Shown: positions 1 to 7,752 of the stretch, in pieces
Layout of the letters: each line of letters begins with the position of its first letter
How positions within the stretch are numbered: position 1 is the stretch's first letter
Source: Candidatus Staskawiczbacteria bacterium
GTDB lineage: Bacteria; Patescibacteriota; Minisyncoccia; Minisyncoccales; Staskawiczbacteraceae
Direction of reading: 5' to 3'
DNA length: 29,427 nt
NCBI GenBank assembly: GCA_903850725.1
Contig: CAINMG010000121.1
Coordinates: 1 to 29,427, forward strand
Position numbers and translations under genes: made by a program
The notes under the pieces: generated by a model
Seen by the model: the letters and a program-made list of their open reading frames with translations, nothing else
The model's database searches: none
What the model was told of the DNA's origin: nothing

Positions 1-34
1 AAATTATACCACTTTTATATTAGTATGTCAATAG

Positions 35-613
35 CTATGCTCTCATCCTTTGCTCAATGTCCCACTTAAAATTATTTTCATGTTGCAAAACGAACCTTTC
101 AAAATCTTCTTTAGATTTTAGAACTAATGCTTCCTGACTACACAGCACAGGTATAGAAACGCTATTTTTTCTTATAGAAATCTTTTCTGCTTTATAGCCC
201 GCATTCATTAATTCATAATAAGCATCACGCGACACAAAATCTGCTTTTTTTTGTAAACTATAAAACTTTTTTTCTAAATCTTTGGCAAATTTTTCTCCGC
301 AAAAAACAATTTTAGAATCAGAAGTTTTGGCTTTTTTGCTTATATATTTTGATTTTTCTGCATTAGACAAATTGCTCCATCTATGATTTATTCTTCTGGC
401 ATATTCATCAATTTTGATTGCATTTTTTAAATATCCTGAATTTTGGATATCTGCAAGTCTTACTATTTGCGGTGGGGGAGTTTTTATATCTTCGTTTTTT
501 AAAGTTAATGACGAAAAAATAGATTTTAAACTAAAAAAAGTTCCGTGATCTTTTTTATCAAGAGCTTTTGCCATTTTGCCAACCAAATTTTCCAGAAAAT
601 TATCTTCGTTCAT
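35..613 (-). CDS. hypothetical protein (192 aa)
   Basis: Long ORF that fills the space before the rpsT promoter; no motif recognised. Confidence 0.6.
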   Translation of the reverse strand: MNEDNFLENLVGKMAKALDKKDHGTFFSLKSIFSSLTLKNEDIKTPPPQIVRLADIQNSGYLKNAIKIDEYARRINHRWSNLSNAEKSKYISKKAKTSDSKIVFCGEKFAKDLEKKFYSLQKKADFVSRDAYYELMNAGYKAEKISIRKNSVSIPVLCSQEALVLKSKEDFERFVLQHENNFKWDIEQRMRA

Positions 614-629
614 TATTTAATTTTATCAC

Positions 630-658
630 TTGCAAAATAAAATGCAATATGGTATATT
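630..658 (+). promoter_or_regulatory. sigma70-type promoter for rpsT
   Basis: TTGCAA (630-635), 17-nt spacer, TATATT (653-658) preceded by TGn. Confidence 0.55.
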
Positions 659-676
659 TATCGTATTCTAAAATAA

Positions 677-736
677 CAAATTACAAGCACCAAATTACAA
701 ACAAATTTTTGTGATTTGGAATTTGTGATTTGGAAT
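677..736. repeat. inverted 14-bp-period repeat arrays (CAAATTACAA x2 / TTGTGATTTGGAAT x2)
   Basis: CAAATTACAA at 677 and 691; TTGTGATTTGGAAT at 709 and 723; the arms are reverse-complementary except one G:T per unit. Confidence 0.8.
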
Positions 737-747
737 TTCCAATCACT

Positions 748-1014
748 ATGGCTATAACAAAATCAGCTAAAAAAGCAATCAGACAAAATAAAAGAAGGAA
801 GGCTCACAATGTAATTTATAAAAATAAATTAAAAGAAACCTTAAAACAAACAAGGGCTTTAGTTGCAAATAAGAAAATTGATGAAGCAAAAGCTATGCTT
901 TCCAAAGTCTATCAGGCTTTAGACAAAACAGCTAAAGTTGGGATTATCAAGAAAGGGGAGGCATCAAGAAAAAAATCCAGATTTGCCAAGTTAATAGAAA
1001 GAAACTCAAAATAA
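748..1014 (+). CDS. rpsT: 30S ribosomal protein S20
   Basis: MAITKSAKKAIRQNKRRKAHN...LDKTAKVGIIKKGEASRKKSR is typical S20. Start set at ATG 748 because the TTG at 730 lies inside the repeat. Confidence 0.96.
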   Translation: MAITKSAKKAIRQNKRRKAHNVIYKNKLKETLKQTRALVANKKIDEAKAMLSKVYQALDKTAKVGIIKKGEASRKKSRFAKLIERNSK

Positions 1015-1015
1015 C

Positions 1016-1045
1016 TTTAAAAAGCCCCACTCGGGGCTTTTTAAA
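1016..1045. terminator. bidirectional intrinsic terminator
   Basis: tttaaaaagcccc-actc-ggggctttttaaa between convergent rpsT and holA. Confidence 0.85.
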
Positions 1046-1047
1046 AA

Positions 1048-1980
1048 CTAAATTTGCGCCACTAGCATATCTATTGCTAATTCAGCATCAATTTTGCCTG
1101 TCTTGATATCTATATCAATCTCAAAAATCTTTTGATAAATATTTTTTAGTTCTGCAAAAGTAAACTTATTGCACAAAGGCAAAGTTTTTTGCACAACAAA
1201 TGGATGAAGCCCAGTTTTTTTACCCCCAGATTCTTTTAATATCAAAAGTGTTCTAAATTGATAAGCAATCATCGAGAGCAAATATAAGGGGTGGTCTCCA
1301 TTTTCAATGTGCTTATATATTAAAGACAAAGCCAGCTTTTTATTTTTTTGAGCCAAAGCCTCAATAGTTCTAAAAATATCACTATCAATTTTTGGTTTTA
1401 CCAAAAGTTTTACATCTTCTGCGGTAACGACTTTGCCGGCTTTAAAACTTGATAACTTTATCACTTCGTTACGCAACTGCCACAAATCATTACCAACAAA
1501 ATTTAAAAGCAAGTTTTCAGCCATAGGTTCTATTTTAGCATTACTCTTTGCAAGTTCCACAGACAGCCATTTTTTTAGATTTAACCCATCTAAAAATTCA
1601 AACTCTTGGCATTTTACAGACCTGTCCTGAGCTGAGTCGAAGGACTTCTTTAAATCTTTAAAAATTTTAAGTCTTTCATCAACCTTATCCTCTTCATAAA
1701 TAATTATAATATCTTTTGTGCTTTCCAAATCTTTTAGATCTTTTGCAAATTCTTCTTGAAATTTTTTATTGGCAAAAAGATTTTTTAAAATAACTAATTT
1801 CTTTTCTGCAAACATCCCGGCTACTTTGAAAATATTTTGTAAATCTTCAAACTTTTTTTCTTTTGCATCAAAATATACAAAATTGAGCCCAGACTTATGA
1901 ACCTTTTTATAACCTAAAACAATTTCATTTAATTTTTCCTTGGAGCGGAAACTATCCGGCCCATATAAAAATATTATCAT
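1048..1980 (-). CDS. holA: DNA polymerase III delta subunit
   Basis: MIIFLYGPDSF N-terminus, VGNDLWQLRNEVIKL, ID(x)KTG C-terminus. ATG at 1980 overlaps the mutM stop (ATGA). Confidence 0.92.
   Translation of the reverse strand: MIIFLYGPDSFRSKEKLNEIVLGYKKVHKSGLNFVYFDAKEKKFEDLQNIFKVAGMFAEKKLVILKNLFANKKFQEEFAKDLKDLESTKDIIIIYEEDKVDERLKIFKDLKKSFDSAQDRSVKCQEFEFLDGLNLKKWLSVELAKSNAKIEPMAENLLLNFVGNDLWQLRNEVIKLSSFKAGKVVTAEDVKLLVKPKIDSDIFRTIEALAQKNKKLALSLIYKHIENGDHPLYLLSMIAYQFRTLLILKESGGKKTGLHPFVVQKTLPLCNKFTFAELKNIYQKIFEIDIDIKTGKIDAELAIDMLVAQI
1621..1644 (+). repeat. short REP-like repeat inside holA (CCTGTCCTGAGCTGAGTCGAAGGA)
   Basis: 18/24 identical to the reverse complement of 4059-4082; read as SFDSAQDR in HolA. 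Confidence 0.6.
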
Positions 1981-2852
1981 GGTTTTTGGCAGGTTGGGCA
2001 ATAAAAAGCACTGCGACCTGCAATTTTTATTCTTTTAATTTTTGATTTTTTGCAACGACTGCAAAATTCATTTTCTCGTTTATAAACCTTTCTTTGTTCA
2101 TTAAAACTACCCTTTTCTCCATTAACATTCCTATAATCTGAAAAGCTATCTCCTCCTAAGTCTATTCCTAACCTTAAAACTTTTTGCGTGGCTTTATAAA
2201 TATTTTTTAATTCGCTTTCTTTTAAATTTTGCACCAATTTCTCAGGATGCACCTTTGCGTGCCACAAAATTTCCGAAGAATAAATGTTTCCAATTCCTGC
2301 TATAATTTCTGGGATCATCAAAACTTGTTTAATCTTACCACGTTTTTTGGTGAAACAACCTTTAAATCTTTTAAAAGTAAAATCATCTTCAAGTGGTTCT
2401 GGCCCAAGTTTTTGTAACTCCTTTTCCAGCTCTTTTGTCTGCCATAATTCAATTTTAGCAAACTTCCTAACATCTGACAAAGCCAACATATGATTATTGT
2501 TTAAATAAAATATTATATGCAGAAACCTGTTATAAGGATCATTTAAAGGGCTTTTTTTATCAACTGGCTTCCATATATTATCTACAAGCTTCCACTTTCC
2601 AAGTAATAAATGACCTGTCATTTTAAGATGAATTAACAAAGAATAATCTTCAGACAAATTAAAAATAATATTTTTAGCTCTGCGATATATTCTTATTATC
2701 TTTTTATTTTTAATTTGTCTTTTAAATAAATTTGAATCAGTTGGCTTTTTAACAAGCTTTTCCCAATCTGACCAGACATCAACAAAGGCCCTTTTTAGGA
2801 CCTTTGATTTTAAACCATTTACCGTTGTTTGCACCTCAGGAAGTTCTGGCAT
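1977..2852 (-). CDS. mutM: formamidopyrimidine-DNA glycosylase (Fpg)
   Basis: MPELPEV catalytic N-terminus, HLKMTG, GIGNIYSSE H2TH motif, C-terminal CxxC...CxxC zinc finger. Confidence 0.97.
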   Translation of the reverse strand: MPELPEVQTTVNGLKSKVLKRAFVDVWSDWEKLVKKPTDSNLFKRQIKNKKIIRIYRRAKNIIFNLSEDYSLLIHLKMTGHLLLGKWKLVDNIWKPVDKKSPLNDPYNRFLHIIFYLNNNHMLALSDVRKFAKIELWQTKELEKELQKLGPEPLEDDFTFKRFKGCFTKKRGKIKQVLMIPEIIAGIGNIYSSEILWHAKVHPEKLVQNLKESELKNIYKATQKVLRLGIDLGGDSFSDYRNVNGEKGSFNEQRKVYKRENEFCSRCKKSKIKRIKIAGRSAFYCPTCQKP

Positions 2853-2857
2853 ATTTT

Positions 2858-3520
2858 TTAAGTTTGATCTGGGGTTTTTACATCAACTTCTGGCTCTATG
2901 GCCACCTTGGCCTCTATTTGATCTTTTGAGGGTTTTGATCTTCTTGAGATTTTTTTAGATTTTTCAACATCTATGATTTCTTCGCTTTTACTATTTTCTG
3001 CCATTTCATTTTTTAACTTTATAAATTCTTGCTCCTTACTTTTGTTTTTTTCTCTCTCTAATTCGAGCTCTTTTATAATCTTATCTAATTCAATTGTTCT
3101 ATTACTAATTTTTTGCTCCAAAGCAGAAATAACTTCTTGTAAAGCTTGTGTCTTGGCCTTTACTTTGATATCTATTGACTCTTCTGCTCTGCTCCCCGCA
3201 GATTTGCTCTCCTCTAAATCTTGAGCTATTTTGTTAAAGATTTTTGAAAGCTCGCCAAACTCATCTTTAGTCTCTAAATATACTCTGGTTTTTAGATCTC
3301 CCTGACTCAGTTCTGTAGCTCTTTTTAAAAGCTTTTGCATTGGCGTAGCAAAATTTTGTCCTATGGCAAAGCCAAACAAAAAAATATAAATAGACAGAAA
3401 TACAAAAACAATATAAACCTCTCTTGATAACGCGCCATAATTTAAAGCAATAAAAATAACTATAATAAAAAGTCCGGCTAATATTATTGGGGTTGCTACT
3501 TTAAAAATAATTTTATTCAT
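2858..3520 (-). CDS. membrane protein with HAMP domain and coiled-coil tail
   Basis: Two hydrophobic segments, then PMQKLLKRATELSQGDLKTRV...DEFGELSKIFN (HAMP pattern); no kinase motifs. Confidence 0.8.
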   Translation of the reverse strand: MNKIIFKVATPIILAGLFIIVIFIALNYGALSREVYIVFVFLSIYIFLFGFAIGQNFATPMQKLLKRATELSQGDLKTRVYLETKDEFGELSKIFNKIAQDLEESKSAGSRAEESIDIKVKAKTQALQEVISALEQKISNRTIELDKIIKELELEREKNKSKEQEFIKLKNEMAENSKSEEIIDVEKSKKISRRSKPSKDQIEAKVAIEPEVDVKTPDQT

Positions 3521-3524
3521 ATTT

Positions 3525-4445
3525 TTATATTTGCCTCAAAAAAGGCAAACGGTTAATTAATGTATTAAATTCAAATTCTCTTAAAATATCTGAAACTTCT
3601 TTTGTATCAAAATTACCAAATTTACAATCATTTATTTTAAAATCAATATCAACATCTTTTTTCATTTCAGCTAAGGCAAATGACAAAAATGCATTTTCTT
3701 TGCTACCCTTTAAAAGCTCTTTTACTTTTGGCTTTAAAACTGCTGTGTCTGTGGCCAATTCATTATATAAGTTGGCAATACTGCTATACCTTTGCAATAA
3801 ATCTGCTGCAGTTGTTTTGCCAATGCCTTTAACTCCCGGAATATTATCTGACACATCTCCTGTCAAGGCCTTAAAGTCAATTATTTGATCTGGCCTTACA
3901 CCAAATCTGCTCATAACTCTTTCCTCATCATAAACTACAGTATCTTTTATTCCCTTACCTAAAGTATAAACCTTAACAAATTCATTTACAAGTTGCAGGT
4001 TATCTAAATCACCAGATAAAATAAAAATTTCCAAATTCTCGGTTTGTTTTGGGGCAATCCCTTCGACTTGACTCAGGGCAAGTTGACAAATTGTAGCGAT
4101 CAAATCATCAGCCTCTACGCCTTCTTTTGCAAAAATAGGAATTTTAAATTTATCTAAAATTAATTTTGTTTTTGGTAATTGCAAAATAACTTGATCTGGA
4201 GTTTGAGATCTTGTGCCTTTATAATCTTTAAACATTTTATGCCGAAAAGTTTTAGCCTTGGTATCGAAACAAGCTACAACATAATTGGCTTGTAAATCTG
4301 CGATTGCTTTAAACAAAATTAAAAGATATCCGTAAATAGCCCCAGTCTCTTCACCATTTTTGGTAGCCAAAGGTGGCAGGGCATGAAAAGCTCGGTGAAG
4401 CAAAGCATTAGAATCAATAATAATTAATCTTTTTTTATCTGTCAT
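3525..4445 (-). CDS. stand-alone 5'-3' exonuclease/flap endonuclease (PolA N-terminal domain family)
   Basis: IIIDSNALLHRAFHA, FDTKAKTFRH, EADD, SGDLD, LTGDVSDNIPGVKGIG motifs; 306 aa with no polymerase domain. Confidence 0.92.
   Translation of the reverse strand: MTDKKRLIIIDSNALLHRAFHALPPLATKNGEETGAIYGYLLILFKAIADLQANYVVACFDTKAKTFRHKMFKDYKGTRSQTPDQVILQLPKTKLILDKFKIPIFAKEGVEADDLIATICQLALSQVEGIAPKQTENLEIFILSGDLDNLQLVNEFVKVYTLGKGIKDTVVYDEERVMSRFGVRPDQIIDFKALTGDVSDNIPGVKGIGKTTAADLLQRYSSIANLYNELATDTAVLKPKVKELLKGSKENAFLSFALAEMKKDVDIDFKINDCKFGNFDTKEVSDILREFEFNTLINRLPFLRQI
4059..4082 (-). repeat. short REP-like repeat inside the exonuclease gene
   Basis: Minus strand reads CTTGCCCTGAGTCAAGTCGAAGGG, matching 1621-1644; translated as LALSQVEG. 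Confidence 0.6.
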
Positions 4446-4861
4446 TTTATTATTATAGCACGTTTATTATTAGAAATAAATTTAAAGTTTATTTTTATTG
4501 CATTTTTAGGCAATATTTTTTTTATTCTTTCTGGCCATTCAATGGCAATAATATTTTCTGGCTTTTTCATAATTTCTGGCAAGCCCAAATCTTTTGCATC
4601 TTTATAATCTTTCATTCTATAAGCATCTATATGATAAAAATTTTCAAATCTTTTCATTATTACAAAAGTTGGGCTTAAAACTTTTTGCTTGATACCCAAG
4701 CCCTTGGCAAATCCTTGCAAAAAAGTAGTTTTGCCCCCACCCAAATCTCCATACAAACACAAAACCACCGCCCTGCTTGGGGCAGGCAATTGCAAAATGG
4801 CCTTTGCCAGTTGTTCTCCGAGTTTTTGAGTTTGTCTATAACTTTTTGTAATATGTTTCAT
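4442..4861 (-). CDS. tsaE: tRNA threonylcarbamoyladenosine biosynthesis ATPase
   Basis: LYGDLGGGKTT, SPTF, YHIDAYR, IEWPE motifs. Confidence 0.96.
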   Translation of the reverse strand: MKHITKSYRQTQKLGEQLAKAILQLPAPSRAVVLCLYGDLGGGKTTFLQGFAKGLGIKQKVLSPTFVIMKRFENFYHIDAYRMKDYKDAKDLGLPEIMKKPENIIAIEWPERIKKILPKNAIKINFKFISNNKRAIIIK

Positions 4862-4868
4862 AAAATAA

Positions 4869-4896
4869 TTGACAAATAATTATTAAGGAATAGTAT
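4869..4896 (+). promoter_or_regulatory. sigma70-type promoter for orphan gene 4942-5337
   Basis: TTGACA (4869-4874), 16-nt spacer, TAGTAT (4891-4896). Confidence 0.5.
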
Positions 4897-4941
4897 AAAA
4901 TTAGTTCTTTTTTCATCTGCAACCAACATAAGGATTATGTC

Positions 4942-5337
4942 ATGAGAAAGATTCCAAATTCCCAAGAACTCAAGCAAATGGCACAAACAATCATCAATCA
5001 CTACGATAGATACGGAGAAGATTATCTAATCATATATTGTCGCAATATTCCACAACGCAATGGGCAAGAACATCAATTACTGTCAAGCATCCTTCATTGT
5101 GGTTGTGATATGGTCTGGAATTTTCTTCAGGTCATGAACTGGTGCTTACGTTATGCCTGTGGCGAAAAAGTCCCAGAAAAACTAGACATGTTACTGGAGC
5201 TTGCCTCCTCTGACAAAGAAAATGAAATAGATGCGAAATTCGATCTGCTCGATAATATGACAGAAATGATCGAATGGCTCAAGACAGTTAATGCACGTTA
5301 CGATGCCAGGTTAGCAAACCTTCATAACTGGGAGTAA
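4942..5337 (+). CDS. hypothetical protein (131 aa), stand-alone transcription unit
   Basis: ORF with AAGGA upstream, its own promoter and its own terminator; no family recognised. Confidence 0.7.
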   Translation: MRKIPNSQELKQMAQTIINHYDRYGEDYLIIYCRNIPQRNGQEHQLLSSILHCGCDMVWNFLQVMNWCLRYACGEKVPEKLDMLLELASSDKENEIDAKFDLLDNMTEMIEWLKTVNARYDARLANLHNWE

Positions 5338-5368
5338 AGGACATGCACGCTGTGCGAGCATGTACAAC

Positions 5369-5397
5369 CCGCGAGGAATTACACTCGCGGTTTTTTT
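5369..5397 (+). terminator. intrinsic terminator
   Basis: ccgcgag-8nt-ctcgcgg followed by 7 T. Confidence 0.85.
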
Positions 5398-5401
5398 ATT
5401 G

Positions 5402-5430
5402 TTGACTTATTGCTTTAAATAAACTAATCT
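5402..5430 (+). promoter_or_regulatory. sigma70-type promoter
   Basis: TTGACT, 17-nt spacer, TAATCT upstream of the ATG at 5455. Confidence 0.45.
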
Positions 5431-5454
5431 AAACTATAAATTTAAACAATCACA

Positions 5455-6285
5455 ATGGACACAGAAGAAGTAAAAAAATTAATATCAGAAGCTAAAAATA
5501 TCTATCTTATTCCGGCTGAAAACTCTAAAGAAGCAATTCCTTGCGCTTTGGCTCTTTTCTATACTTTAAAGGAAATGGGCAAAAATGTAAACCTTTTGCA
5601 AGAAAATTTCCCAGAAAAATTCTTATTCTTAGTGCCAAGTTTAGATTATATTTCCTACCCAAGAAATTTTGTGCTTTCAGTTCCTAGTGATGTGGCTAAT
5701 GTCTCACAAATTTATTATGAAAAATCAGAGGAAGCTTTAAAAATTCACTTAACTTTAGACAAAGGCATAATTAAAAAAGACAATATTTCTTTTTATTATT
5801 CTGATGTAAAGCCAGATTTGATAATTACTTTGGGCGTAAAAGACTATACCGAGCAATTACAAAAATTAGATTCTTTTGGGTTTTTGTTAGATACTCCAAT
5901 TATAAATATTGACAATGACGTGCAATTTAATAGAAATTTTGGTAAAATAAACTTAGTAGAAGATAATTCTATTTCTGAGATTGTTTTAGGGCTAACAAAA
6001 TCCCTTAGCGAGAACCAAATAAAAAAAGAAACTGCTAACTGTTTGCTTTCGGGCTTGATAATTCATTCCGATAATTTTACCAATTCAAAAACAAATTCCA
6101 ATATATTGGAAACAGCCAGTAGCTTAATGAAACAGGGGGCAGAGCGCGAAAAAATAATTGCCGAACTTTACCCCGCCAAACCAGAAGCAAAACATAAAGA
6201 AATTGTAACTTCAGTTCTAGCAGAATTAGCCAAACAAAATTTGGAAGTAAATCGTGAAAACATTTTAAAATATTTAGAATCTTAA
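5455..6285 (+). CDS. DHH/NrnA-like phosphoesterase fold protein with degenerate catalytic motifs
   Basis: Layout KNIYLIP...ALAL...PDLIITLG...PIINID...SEIV...ANCLLSGLI follows the DHH family, but the HxxPDxD and DHH motifs are replaced. Confidence 0.7.
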   Translation: MDTEEVKKLISEAKNIYLIPAENSKEAIPCALALFYTLKEMGKNVNLLQENFPEKFLFLVPSLDYISYPRNFVLSVPSDVANVSQIYYEKSEEALKIHLTLDKGIIKKDNISFYYSDVKPDLIITLGVKDYTEQLQKLDSFGFLLDTPIINIDNDVQFNRNFGKINLVEDNSISEIVLGLTKSLSENQIKKETANCLLSGLIIHSDNFTNSKTNSNILETASSLMKQGAEREKIIAELYPAKPEAKHKEIVTSVLAELAKQNLEVNRENILKYLES

Positions 6286-6316
6286 AAAAAGACGACCTTT
6301 AGTGTCGTAAGGTCGT
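6284..6316 (-). terminator. intrinsic terminator on minus strand
   Basis: Stem acgacctt (6292-6299) / aaggtcgt (6309-6316); the A7 run at 6284-6290 gives a U-tract on the minus strand. Confidence 0.8.
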
Positions 6317-6391
6317 TTGACGGTTTAAGGGTCCCGTTCCCTATAGATTTTGTCCTCCTTAAGCGCCCTTTATATGACACGGCACTTATAT
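6284..6391 (-). ncRNA. candidate small RNA (~105 nt)
   Basis: Bounded by a near-consensus promoter and a U-tailed terminator; no convincing ORF inside; not matched to a known family. Confidence 0.45.
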
Positions 6392-6397
6392 ACACGC

Positions 6398-6426
6398 ATA
6401 ATATCATATTATTAAAACCTTGTCAA
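6398..6426 (-). promoter_or_regulatory. near-consensus sigma70 promoter facing away from pilB
   Basis: Minus strand TTGACA (6426-6421), 17-nt spacer, TGn-TATTAT (6403-6398). Confidence 0.7.
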
Positions 6427-6430
6427 TACT

Positions 6431-7741
6431 ATGCAAGATTCAAAAAAAATCTTAGGGGCTGTAACAATAAACCCTACTATAATACAAGAAGTAAATAATG
6501 AAGTAAAAAATATTGCTGATTTTAAGAAGAAAGTAGAGCAATATATCGCGCAAGAAACAACTTCTCTTTTAGATATAATTTTATTTTCTGCAATTTCCTT
6601 GGGGTCTTCTGATATTCACATTGAACCAGAAGAAAAAAATTCTAGATTGAGAGTTAGGTTAGATGGCGTCTTGCAAGATGTTATTTTTTTTGAACAGAAT
6701 ATTTATCACAATATAGTTTCTAGATTAAAACTTTTATCAAAATTAAAATTAAATATAAAAGACAAGCCTCAGGATGGAAGGTTTACAATTGCAATTGATG
6801 ATTTATTAATAGAAATGAGGGTTTCCTCACTGCCAGCTGAATATGGAGAGTCTATTGTTATGAGAATTTTAGACCCAAGAAATTTAATTGGGCTTGATGC
6901 TTTGGGACTTAGAAAAGATTTGTCCGACATTTTCCAAAAAGAAATTAACAAACCCAATGGGATGATAATTGTAACAGGTCCTACTGGCTCTGGAAAAACA
7001 ACAACACTTTATGCTTTTTTAATGAAAATTCAAAACCCAGAAATTAAAACTATTACTATTGAAGACCCAATTGAATATCACTTGAAAGGAGTTTCACAAA
7101 CACAAGTTGCTCCAGAAAAAGGTTATGATTTCTCAGATGGCCTAAGATCTATTGTAAGACAAGATCCTGATGTTATTTTGGTTGGAGAAATTAGAGATTT
7201 GGAAACAGCTAAAATTAGTTTACAAGCATCTTTAACTGGCCACTTGGTTTTGTCCACCCTTCACACCAATGATGCAGCTGGAACAATCCCAAGGCTAGTG
7301 GATTTGGGGGCAGACCCTGCCTCTATTGCATCGGGTTTAAAAATGGCAATTGCTCAAAGATTGGTTAGAAAAGTTTGCAAACAATGTTCTACTACAAAAA
7401 AACCATCCTCAGAAGAGATGGCAGGATTAGAAAAAGGCTTGGCAAACTTGCCTAAAACTATCGAACTCCCAAATTTAAAAACAATTCAAATTCCAGAAAT
7501 AAAAGATGGGGGGTGTGAGGCTTGTAACTTTACAGGATATAAAGGAAGAAGAGGCTTATACGAAGCATTTTTAGTGGATACTGAAATGGAAAGATTTATT
7601 TTAACCAAAGCTCCAGTTTCTGATATAAAACAATTAGCTATCAAAAAAGGCATGGTAACCATGTGGCAATCAGGATTGATTGATATAGTGTTGGGCAACA
7701 CAACCTTAGAAGAGGTTCGTAGGGTTGTCGAAGAAGAATAA
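6431..7741 (+). CDS. pilB: GspE/PulE/PilB-family assembly ATPase (short, no N-terminal MshEN-type extension)
   Basis: SDIHIEP, GPTGSGKTTT (Walker A), TIEDPIE (Asp box), VILVGEIRD (Walker B), STLHTNDA (His box), CxxC...CxxC. Confidence 0.9.
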   Translation: MQDSKKILGAVTINPTIIQEVNNEVKNIADFKKKVEQYIAQETTSLLDIILFSAISLGSSDIHIEPEEKNSRLRVRLDGVLQDVIFFEQNIYHNIVSRLKLLSKLKLNIKDKPQDGRFTIAIDDLLIEMRVSSLPAEYGESIVMRILDPRNLIGLDALGLRKDLSDIFQKEINKPNGMIIVTGPTGSGKTTTLYAFLMKIQNPEIKTITIEDPIEYHLKGVSQTQVAPEKGYDFSDGLRSIVRQDPDVILVGEIRDLETAKISLQASLTGHLVLSTLHTNDAAGTIPRLVDLGADPASIASGLKMAIAQRLVRKVCKQCSTTKKPSSEEMAGLEKGLANLPKTIELPNLKTIQIPEIKDGGCEACNFTGYKGRRGLYEAFLVDTEMERFILTKAPVSDIKQLAIKKGMVTMWQSGLIDIVLGNTTLEEVRRVVEEE

Positions 7742-7752
7742 AATTTTATACA

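Noticed and set aside
730-747. rpsT start at TTG 730
   Set aside because: Lies within the repeat array; S20 similarity begins at ATG 748.
6290-6430. Known riboswitch (e.g. c-di-GMP-I) upstream of pilB on the plus strand
   Set aside because: No recognisable aptamer consensus; promoter and terminator polarity point to a minus-strand transcript instead.
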